DNA from: Nitrosospira multiformis ATCC 25196
Lineage (GTDB): Bacteria > Pseudomonadota > Gammaproteobacteria > Burkholderiales > Nitrosomonadaceae
NCBI RefSeq assembly: GCF_000196355.1
Contig: NC_007614.1
Coordinates: 2,550,001 to 2,582,000 of the forward strand
Direction: 5' to 3'
DNA: 32,000 nt
The notes under the pieces were generated by a model. It searched no databases and was not told where the DNA came from. It worked only from the letters and a program-made list of their open reading frames with translations. A program made the position numbers and the translations under genes. Positions 25,093-32,000 of this stretch are shown one piece after another (positions within the stretch are counted from its first letter, which is position 1; each line of letters starts with the position of its first letter).

Positions 25093-25146
25093 CACAGTAT
25101 ACATTGGAACCGGTCTTATTCCTTGAAAACGACAGCATGACTCCCT

Positions 25147-27531
25147 TTATTGGGGAAGCGCCTGTGCCATCGGCCGAAACTGCAAGTGATAGAACATGTT
25201 GAGGTAACGCGCGGTTTCTTCATGCTCCAGTTTACTGACGAACTTCCAGAAACCGTAAATACGTGATAGCGTCATCATTCTCTCGGCATAGAGTCGCCAG
25301 GTATAGCGCGCTTCGACCCTTTGCAAGGCTTTCTGCGAAATCCTGTCCCAAAAACCTGGATCGGCCGCCACCCGCTCAAAAAAATCCGCCATGGCGGAAG
25401 CTCCCGCCAATCCATCGTTGGGATCGAAATGATAGCCCGAAACCCCATGTTGAATGATTTCGCGCGGGCCGCCATAGCAGGTGGCGAATACAGGCAGACC
25501 GGAGGCCATGGCCTCGATAATGGTCAACCCGAATGCCTCGAATCGCGCCGGCTGAACAAAAATGCCGCGACGGTCCGCCACGTGCCGGTACAGCTCACCG
25601 GCAAGATTCTTTTCCAGCCGGGTGCCAAGCCAGCGCATGCGCCCCTCCAGTTTGTACTCGTTCATGAGGGCATGCATGTGCTCGATCTCGGCACGCTCCT
25701 CCCCATCACAGGAGGCTGCTGGATCGATATGCCCGCCGATTACCAGAAGGTTGGCGGCAGTCGATAAGGCCTCACACTGCCCGAACCACGCGGCGAGGCC
25801 GGTAAGATTCTTCACCGTGTCCAGGCGAGCCATTGTAAAAATCAAAGGTTTCGCAGGATCCGCGAAGTAGCCCCGGCAGGGCACGCCCGGATCATCCCCG
25901 TACAAGAGACGCTCGATGTCCGGAATCAGGGCGTCCAGACGCCGCTCGTGATCGAGATAAGAAAAATAAACTTCTGCATCCGCACCCGGCGAAACGATAT
26001 TGAACTTGGGATCGAAAAGGTCAATGCCGTTCACCACCCGGTATAAGCCGGGCATCGTATAGTTCTGGTATGTTTCATATTGGCCTACCGTCTGCTCGGT
26101 ACCGGCAATTTCCTGAAAGGTGCTGGTGATGATGAAATCAGCGCTGTTCATCGCAATAAGATCGGCGGTATATTGGCAGTTGAAGTGATACTGGGCTTCG
26201 TTCTCCCGCCAATACAACGCCGAGTGCAGGTACTTGCTCTGCTCAAGTGCATGCGCAATATTGCACTGGGTTACACCAATCCGTTTGGAAATCAGCGAGG
26301 CGACAAGATTTCCATCGGAATAGTTGCCTATGATCAGGTCGGGCCTACCGCTGAGCTGGGCCAGAGCTTCGCGTTCAATGTCATGCGCAAAATTTTCCAG
26401 GTATGGCCATATCTCGAACCGGGAAATCCAATGGCGAACGATTTCACCACTCCCTTTTCGGAATGGCACTCGCACGATCCATGAATTCTGGGTACCGTGG
26501 ATTTTTTCCAGGGGCTGGTGGCAAAGTGTATCGCCCGCGTCAGGAATGAGGCGCGTGCCAATCAGGATTTTTGGCGCCGCATCTATTCCCTGCAATATCA
26601 GGCGCTCGCTCATTTCCCGTTCCAGAGCCCGCACCTGATCGAGGATGTATACCACCTGACCGCCCGTGTCCGGCAATCCCAACACGTTATCCTGACCGAA
26701 GTAGCCATGGGGAGACAGGATTAGCAGTTTCGAGATCATCGGAATACGGGCGAGGAAGCTCTCCAGGATCTGGGGAGAAGGGGCTTCCAGAATATCCACC
26801 AGCAAACTCATCGTCTCGCTCACACGGCCCACGCAATTTCCCCAGCCGGGTGCAAAACCGATACCTCCAAGGGGTTCGGCAACATCCTTCCACTCGGTAT
26901 CGTCGGGATACTTCTCAAGCATGCTCAGAGCCCTGCGCAATCCGGAACGCAGCGCCGGCACATCGGCAAAATTGCCGCCCAGCATCAACTGCTTCCCGTC
27001 CATGGAATGGACTGTCAGGAAATGCAGCAGCTTGTCCGACCCCAACCCCAGTTGCCCAAACAGTCCTCCGGCAAGTTGCTTGTTGAGGAAAATCACACCC
27101 TGCCCTATGGACCGGATTTCCTTGAGCTTTGGAGAACCGCGATTAAAAGGCGCAAAATCAATTTCCAGCACGGGCTCATTCGCCCCCTCCGGATTTACCA
27201 GCAGCTCCTTGAAAGCGAGATATTCCGACACGGTGACAGCCTCGGGGATTAGCCTATCCAGATGCAAGCGTGCGTACCACCAGCACCCCGCCTCCTCGCG
27301 CGCCGCCATGTAGACTATTGGCGGCCGGCATACCGCTTCCTGCAGAGTGTTTACGATTTCTCGTACCTGCGAATCAGCAAGCAAAGACGCCTGCTCCGCG
27401 CTCAACGCATTAAAAACCGCTCCCAGATCGGAATGAAGCAAAAGCGGCCTTTCCAGTTCGAACCATCTGCGCAGAAGCGTATACATATCACCGCGATGAT
27501 CGGCAGCCCAGGCTTCAAATTTGTGCAGCAT
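25147..27531 (-). CDS. Sucrose synthase (GT4, GT-B fold)
   Basis: Full-length colinearity with prokaryotic sucrose synthase. It includes the N-terminal regulatory/EPBD regions and the GT-B core (HGYFGQ...[20 protein letters not shown]; [30 protein letters not shown]). I moved the start to the ATG at 27531 (GGAGA 6 nt upstream), giving 794 aa; the track's 27627 start is upstream of this. Confidence 0.92.
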   Translation of the reverse strand: MLHKFEAWAADHRGDMYTLLRRWFELERPLLLHSDLGAVFNALSAEQASLLADSQVREIVNTLQEAVCRPPIVYMAAREEAGCWWYARLHLDRLIPEAVTVSEYLAFKELLVNPEGANEPVLEIDFAPFNRGSPKLKEIRSIGQGVIFLNKQLAGGLFGQLGLGSDKLLHFLTVHSMDGKQLMLGGNFADVPALRSGLRRALSMLEKYPDDTEWKDVAEPLGGIGFAPGWGNCVGRVSETMSLLVDILEAPSPQILESFLARIPMISKLLILSPHGYFGQDNVLGLPDTGGQVVYILDQVRALEREMSERLILQGIDAAPKILIGTRLIPDAGDTLCHQPLEKIHGTQNSWIVRVPFRKGSGEIVRHWISRFEIWPYLENFAHDIEREALAQLSGRPDLIIGNYSDGNLVASLISKRIGVTQCNIAHALEQSKYLHSALYWRENEAQYHFNCQYTADLIAMNSADFIITSTFQEIAGTEQTVGQYETYQNYTMPGLYRVVNGIDLFDPKFNIVSPGADAEVYFSYLDHERRLDALIPDIERLLYGDDPGVPCRGYFADPAKPLIFTMARLDTVKNLTGLAAWFGQCEALSTAANLLVIGGHIDPAASCDGEERAEIEHMHALMNEYKLEGRMRWLGTRLEKNLAGELYRHVADRRGIFVQPARFEAFGLTIIEAMASGLPVFATCYGGPREIIQHGVSGYHFDPNDGLAGASAMADFFERVAADPGFWDRISQKALQRVEARYTWRLYAERMMTLSRIYGFWKFVSKLEHEETARYLNMFYHLQFRPMAQALPQ

Positions 27532-29680
27532 TTGCAGTCTCCATGATGGAAGTACCAAATTCATAATGTGCCATGCCCTCTGCAATGCCATCGGCATATG
27601 CGGACCGGGCAAAATAGATTTGCTCATTTCCTTTCAGGCTTGCGAGTTCGGGACTATGGTTGGCGACTATGACGCCGAGGGTATCACCGATCAGCATTTC
27701 ATGATCGTTGCCGGAATCTCCTGCGACCAGAAACGCACGTAGCGGCAGCCCCCACTTGTAGGCAAGATAACGTATTGCCCGCCCTTTGGACGCTCTCAGT
27801 GGCAACACGTCGAGATAAGTCCGGCGCGAGTAAATCAGGTGTGCCGACAGGTTCTGCTCGCGCAACAATGTGCGGATTTTGGCTATTGGCGGCATTTTTT
27901 CCGGATCCACGTTGTAGCTGAGCTTGAATTCGCGCTGGTTTTCGGCTGCCTGCAGCGTCAGTCCCGGCACCCCCCGCAATACGTTTTCAATGGCATCGCG
28001 GCGCCATAGATACTTGATCAGGTTCTGCCACCCGGTATCCGGACGAAGCTCGGGACCATAATAGATTTCGCTGCCCACTGCGGTGATCAGCACATCGGGC
28101 AAGGGTACGCCCCATTCCTTCAATATTTTCACGGCGCTTTCCAGCGTGCGGCCAGTAGCGACACCAAAGCCCAGGTTGGGGGGGGTCGCGCGCAAAATAG
28201 CAAGAAGGCGACGCAGGGCAGCACGGTCGCCAAGCAACGTATTGTCTATATCCGTGATGAGCATATGCGATATCAAGGGCAACGGGCGCGGTTGCCTTTG
28301 ATATATCGCCAGGTTCCGGCGGATGCGCTTACGCTCGTGATGCAGCAGACGCGACAGAACATGCAGATATTTCCTGACATGCGCGTCCCACGTGTAGTGG
28401 TTTTTTACCCCTGAAACGCCATTTCGCGCCCAGCGTCGCCAGCGCACGGGATCAGCAAGCGCATACTCGATCGCTCCGGCAATCGCGCCGATGTCCGATG
28501 GATTTACCAGTAGCCCATTTTTGCAGTTCGCCACGATATCGCGAGGCCCTCCATCTTCTGTCGCGACAATGGGAAGCCCGCTGGCGGCAGCTTCGATCAG
28601 TGTAAGGCCGAAGGGTTCGGTAAGCGCCGGATTGATAAACACGCCACGGCGCTGAGCTGCGAGCCGGTAGAAACCGGCGATGTCGGAAGGCTTGTGGTGT
28701 TTGGGCAGGGCCACCTTGCCCCATAAATCGTAGCGGTCGATATCCAGCAGCAGGCCGGTCATCACTTCGTTCTGGGCAGCATCCAGTTGACGGATGTCAT
28801 CCCGGTTGCCTGCCACGATGGCGAGATTGGCCTGTTCATGGAGTTTAGGCGAACTGCCGAAGGCAGCGACCAGCGCCCCCAGATTTTTTCGAATTTCAGG
28901 ACGGCAAATGGTCAATATCAGGGGCTTGCGCGGGTGCGCGAGAAAGCGATCGATGAGACCCGCAGTCTCCACTTCCACTGGTTTTTGACGATTGGGAGGA
29001 GAGAAACGCGATATATCGGTCCCCGGCGGAATGACAACCGCGCGTTCGGGGTGATAATTGGTGTATAACCCGTATTGCTCGACGCTTTCCTGAGGCGTGC
29101 TGGTTATGATCAGGCTAGCATGTTGCAATACTGCTTCCTCGGTAGCTATTCGCCTGTAAAAGCTGAACTGGCGCTCCAGTGCCTGTGGCTTCCGGCCTTG
29201 TGCCAGCAGGCGTTGTTGCTTGCTGCGTCCCAATGAGTGTCCGGTATGAATCTGAGGGATGCCCAATAGTTGGGAAAGCTGCATGCCGACATAACCGGCG
29301 TCGGCATAATGACTGTGGATAACATCCGGCAAGCGCTTCTGCCCGCGGAGAAAAAGCAGCGCGCGATCCACCAGTTGATCCAGGTAGGGCCAAAGGCTTT
29401 CCTTGCGCAGATAGCGCCGGGGACCGCACTGAAGGCGGATAATGCGCGCATTGTTGCCCAGCGTTTCCTCAGGACGGGCATAATCCGGGGAAACCGAAGG
29501 ATCTTCTATCCTTCGCGTGAGCAGATCCACTTTGCCCACCTGCGGCTGACGCGCCAGGGCTCGCGCCAACTCCACTACATACAGCACCTGGCCCCCCGTA
29601 TCCGCATCGCACCCCAACTCCATGTCGTTTCCCCGAATCAGGCCGTGCAGGCTCAGCATCAGTACGTATAACTCTTTCAT
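27515..29680 (-). CDS. Sucrose-phosphate synthase with C-terminal SPP-like (HAD) domain
   Basis: GT-B domain: LHGLIRG...[16 protein letters not shown]; [30 protein letters not shown]. This is followed by a HAD domain carrying DIDNT, ATGR, K and GDSGND motifs. I moved the start to ATG 29680 ([13 protein letters not shown]; AGGAGA upstream), giving 721 aa. Confidence 0.9.
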   Translation of the reverse strand: MKELYVLMLSLHGLIRGNDMELGCDADTGGQVLYVVELARALARQPQVGKVDLLTRRIEDPSVSPDYARPEETLGNNARIIRLQCGPRRYLRKESLWPYLDQLVDRALLFLRGQKRLPDVIHSHYADAGYVGMQLSQLLGIPQIHTGHSLGRSKQQRLLAQGRKPQALERQFSFYRRIATEEAVLQHASLIITSTPQESVEQYGLYTNYHPERAVVIPPGTDISRFSPPNRQKPVEVETAGLIDRFLAHPRKPLILTICRPEIRKNLGALVAAFGSSPKLHEQANLAIVAGNRDDIRQLDAAQNEVMTGLLLDIDRYDLWGKVALPKHHKPSDIAGFYRLAAQRRGVFINPALTEPFGLTLIEAAASGLPIVATEDGGPRDIVANCKNGLLVNPSDIGAIAGAIEYALADPVRWRRWARNGVSGVKNHYTWDAHVRKYLHVLSRLLHHERKRIRRNLAIYQRQPRPLPLISHMLITDIDNTLLGDRAALRRLLAILRATPPNLGFGVATGRTLESAVKILKEWGVPLPDVLITAVGSEIYYGPELRPDTGWQNLIKYLWRRDAIENVLRGVPGLTLQAAENQREFKLSYNVDPEKMPPIAKIRTLLREQNLSAHLIYSRRTYLDVLPLRASKGRAIRYLAYKWGLPLRAFLVAGDSGNDHEMLIGDTLGVIVANHSPELASLKGNEQIYFARSAYADGIAEGMAHYEFGTSIMETANAAQI

Positions 29681-29687
29681 CCGTCTC

Positions 29688-30602
29688 CTAACCGTCCACC
29701 GACCACTGTCTGATGAACGGTTCGTAAAAATCGCTGTGTTCGGGGATGGCTCCCCGTATTCCGCAAACCGCACTGGCAAATTGTTGTGCCCGCATCAAGG
29801 TGAGGGGCATATCCCACTCCCGCAGCCGGCCGAACATGAAGACCGCGGAGAACGCGTCCCCCGCTCCGACCGTATCGACAACATCCACTGCCTTGTCCGG
29901 CACGATCGATATTTTTTCTCCCCCACGCTCCAGCCACCAGGCACCGGCTCCGCCGCAAGTGATGAGCATCCCGCATAACTGATATCGCTCAATCAGCGCT
30001 CTGGCCTGAGTCTCGGCATCCGGCTCATCCATATTCATCAGTTGAGCGATGCGATCCAGTTCATCGTTGTTCGCCTTAACGATATCGGCATGCCGCAGCG
30101 ACCAGTCCAGTCGTTCGCCATAAATCCAGGGATCGCGCAGATTGACATCAAAAAAACGTTGGCCGCTGGTTGCACGCAGCATATGACGCAGAGCGCGATG
30201 CGAGTCGGCGCGCTGAGCCAGCGTTCCGAAATAGACCATTTCCGGGTTTGCCGCGAGCGCAGCCATTCGTGCCAGACGTGGATGAATATGATCGTAAGCC
30301 TGGTTAGGGACAATATCGAATCGATGCCCTTCCGCCCCCAGATGAACCGCTACCACGCCTGTAGGATAAACCGAGTCAAGCTGTATGCCATGCGTACTCA
30401 ATCCGGCACTCTCCATCGTCTGCAACAGACGCGCCCCCTCCGCATCCTGGCCTATCCGACTTACAAGAACAGGCGCACAGCCAAAAGCGCGCAAATGGCA
30501 GGCTACATTAAGAGGTGCGCCACCGAGCACGTCCCCGCCGGGGAACCGGTCTATCAGTATTTCGCCAAAAAGAAGCACTGAGTGACGAACCTCGATCATC
30601 AT
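29688..30602 (-). CDS. PfkB-family sugar kinase, probable fructokinase
   Basis: 304 aa with N-terminal LLFGEILIDRF...GGAPLNVA and the PfkB signature VVDTVGAGDAFSAVF. Its stop is 7 nt upstream of the SPS start. Confidence 0.85.
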   Translation of the reverse strand: MMIEVRHSVLLFGEILIDRFPGGDVLGGAPLNVACHLRAFGCAPVLVSRIGQDAEGARLLQTMESAGLSTHGIQLDSVYPTGVVAVHLGAEGHRFDIVPNQAYDHIHPRLARMAALAANPEMVYFGTLAQRADSHRALRHMLRATSGQRFFDVNLRDPWIYGERLDWSLRHADIVKANNDELDRIAQLMNMDEPDAETQARALIERYQLCGMLITCGGAGAWWLERGGEKISIVPDKAVDVVDTVGAGDAFSAVFMFGRLREWDMPLTLMRAQQFASAVCGIRGAIPEHSDFYEPFIRQWSVDG

Positions 30603-30846
30603 GATAGCTCGAAAAAAATCGTCGCGAATCTACTCCGGGTTCGCCGACGCACATGAGCGGGCCTTCCTTATACTTCCGTGTGAAGCCATGGGAAAAGAGG
30701 GATATTGCCTGCTATACCAGCCCCTCCAGCAACGCCTGTCCGAAGCTTATTTAAAGCGGGTGCAATGGCACCGATTCAGAAGCTTATTACCTTCCTTTCC
30801 TCGCTGTGAATAAAGGAAGAAGGAAGCATCAGGAGAAAATTCAGGG

Positions 30847-30871
30847 AAAAAATGAAGAGCGCTGCGCTCTT
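30847..30871 (-). terminator. Probable rho-independent terminator of ubiE
   Basis: The minus strand reads AAGAGCG-CAG-CGCTCTT followed by CATTTTTTCCC. That is a 7-bp stem, a 3-nt loop and a T6 run, about 140 nt after the ubiE stop. Confidence 0.5.
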
Positions 30872-31009
30872 ATTTGTAATGATTACCGCTTCTTTTGCCT
30901 CTTTTCCATCCCCTGTGAAACGGAGTGACCAACAATATTATCAGCTCCGGAAAGATTTCTGTGCAATAGCAGACATACGTCGCGAGCGCGCAACCAATGC
31001 TAACGGGTC

Positions 31010-31744
31010 CTAAAACTTGTATCCGCGGTGCAATGCTACGGCGTTTGCAGCAAGATTGAAATATTGCACGCGCTCGAATCCGGCTTTCTGCATCATTTGC
31101 TTCAACTCCTCCTGGCTTGGATGTACGCGAATGGATTCGGCAAGATACCGGTAGCTATCCCGGTCCTTTGCAACGAGACCCCCCATCGCGGGAAGCACCT
31201 TGAACGAGTAAAGGTCGTAGAGCCGTTGCAGGGGTTTCCATATCCTGGAGAATTCGAGCACGATAACGCAGCCCCCGGGACGTAATACGCGCAGCATCTC
31301 TTTCAGCGCGACATCCTTGTGCGTCATGTTCCTCAGACCAAAAGCAACGCTTACGCAGTCGAAGTAATTGGTAGGGAATGGCAGTTTTTCCGCGTCGCAT
31401 TGGGCAACCGGCACCGCAGTACCTTCATCCAGCAGGCGATCGCGACCAATGGTCAGCATGGAATTGTTGATGTCGGTCAGCCACACCTCTCCCCTGCTCC
31501 CCACCTGCTCAAGGAAGAGCGAGCTCAGATCCGCCGTTCCCCCGGCAATATCCAGTACACGCTCCCCTGTCCGAACTCCGCTCACCTCAATCGCAAATCG
31601 TTTCCACAGACGATGCATGCCCCCCGACATGAGGTCATTCATCAGGTTGTAACGTTCCGCGACAGAATCAAACACACCTGCTACCTCGCGTGCTTTCTCC
31701 GTTTCCGACACGGTCTTAAAGCCGAAATGGGTAGTTCTCGTCAT
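31010..31744 (-). CDS. ubiE: Ubiquinone/menaquinone biosynthesis C-methyltransferase UbiE
   Basis: 244 aa. THFGFKTV...[33 protein letters not shown] is the UbiE/MenG N-terminal signature. The SAM motif is [11 protein letters not shown]. Confidence 0.95.
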   Translation of the reverse strand: MTRTTHFGFKTVSETEKAREVAGVFDSVAERYNLMNDLMSGGMHRLWKRFAIEVSGVRTGERVLDIAGGTADLSSLFLEQVGSRGEVWLTDINNSMLTIGRDRLLDEGTAVPVAQCDAEKLPFPTNYFDCVSVAFGLRNMTHKDVALKEMLRVLRPGGCVIVLEFSRIWKPLQRLYDLYSFKVLPAMGGLVAKDRDSYRYLAESIRVHPSQEELKQMMQKAGFERVQYFNLAANAVALHRGYKF

Positions 31745-31799
31745 CGATATTCAAACTTAAATAAAGGGTAAAGGGAGAAGAAGCCTTGTTCCGGATAGC

Positions 31800-32000
31800 T
31801 CAGCTTTTTACCGCTGGTTTCCCGTTCCAGTCCGATAAATACCCGGGCCGTTCCCGACTGGCTCCCGCTTCTTCCATTCGGCGCAGGTAGCGCTGCCACA
31901 TTTCATCCTGGTGCAGCCCATACTCGTAGAGCAGATCCCAGGAATAAAGCCCGGTATTATGGCCATCAGAAAACGTCAGTTGGATCGCATAGTTGCCTAC
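31800..32000 (-). CDS. DUF971-family protein, C-terminal 66 codons (5' end beyond the window)
   Basis: The reverse complement reads VGNYAIQLTFSDGHNTGLYSWDLLYEYGLHQDEMWQRYLRRMEEAG...KS*, with the stop at 31800..31802. The GNYA..L.FSDGH.TG.Y....L motif is the DUF971 (gamma-butyrobetaine-hydroxylase-like N-domain) signature. This family commonly sits upstream of ubiE. Confidence 0.7.
   Translation of the reverse strand, partial: VGNYAIQLTFSDGHNTGLYSWDLLYEYGLHQDEMWQRYLRRMEEAGASRERPGYLSDWNGKPAVKS

Noticed and set aside
30852-31013. 53-aa plus-strand small ORF (MKSAALLFVMITASFASFPSP...) with a signal-peptide-like N-terminus
   Set aside because: Its first codons coincide with the hairpin and T-run that look like the ubiE terminator on the opposite strand. 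Its end overlaps the ubiE stop, it has no strong SD, and it falls below any length where composition is informative.
1-32000. Search by eye for tRNA/rRNA genes, CRISPR repeats, IS elements, integrases, long direct or inverted repeats
   Set aside because: None found. The only repeats are short in-gene codon repeats: FDFDF at about 19440, SQSQSQS at about 24430 and the Slp Tyr/Gly tail. A computational repeat and tRNA scan (tRNAscan-SE, Infernal, self-dotplot) would be needed to exclude small elements rigorously.

Overview
This is a 32-kb chromosomal window of mid GC, read by eye. Gene content looks like a betaproteobacterial chemolithotroph, possibly Nitrosomonadaceae, but that is inference from gene content only. 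I support 27 protein-coding genes (two truncated at the window edges) and 4 hairpin terminators. I found no rRNA, tRNA, CRISPR array, transposase or integrase.

Layout, left to right:
- Conserved housekeeping block: mnmA (partial), a NUDIX hydrolase, icd, a cold-shock protein, clpS-clpA and dodecin.
- A minus-strand cyanophycin block (6.1-14.2 kb). It holds an ABC exporter with an unusual N-terminal PH-like/zinc-ribbon module, a translationally coupled DUF1854 protein, a truncated cyanophycin synthetase paralogue (CphA') with a degenerate Mur-ligase domain, and a full-length CphA.
- An ovothiol-type block (14.4-18.8 kb): ovoA overlapping a PatB/MalY-type C-S lyase (OvoB-like), followed by an EamA/DMT transporter.
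- GNAT-like, tpm, and an Slp lipoprotein with an extreme Tyr/Gly-rich tail.
- A 420-aa membrane-anchored unknown.
- A run of small orphan genes (22.9-25.1 kb): a stand-alone ThsB/DUF1863-type TIR-like protein, RidA, a secreted unknown and a LuxR-HTH protein with no recognisable N-domain.
- A tightly packed fructokinase / sucrose-phosphate synthase / sucrose synthase operon (25.1-30.6 kb).
- ubiE and a partial DUF971 gene.

The most interesting material is the cyanophycin block. The ABC/DUF1854 pair is, to my knowledge, functionally uncharacterised. CphA' has lost the P-loop lysine, the DH motif and the whole C-terminal lobe of its Arg-ligating domain. All calls rest on motif-level reading of the supplied translations; no database search was possible.
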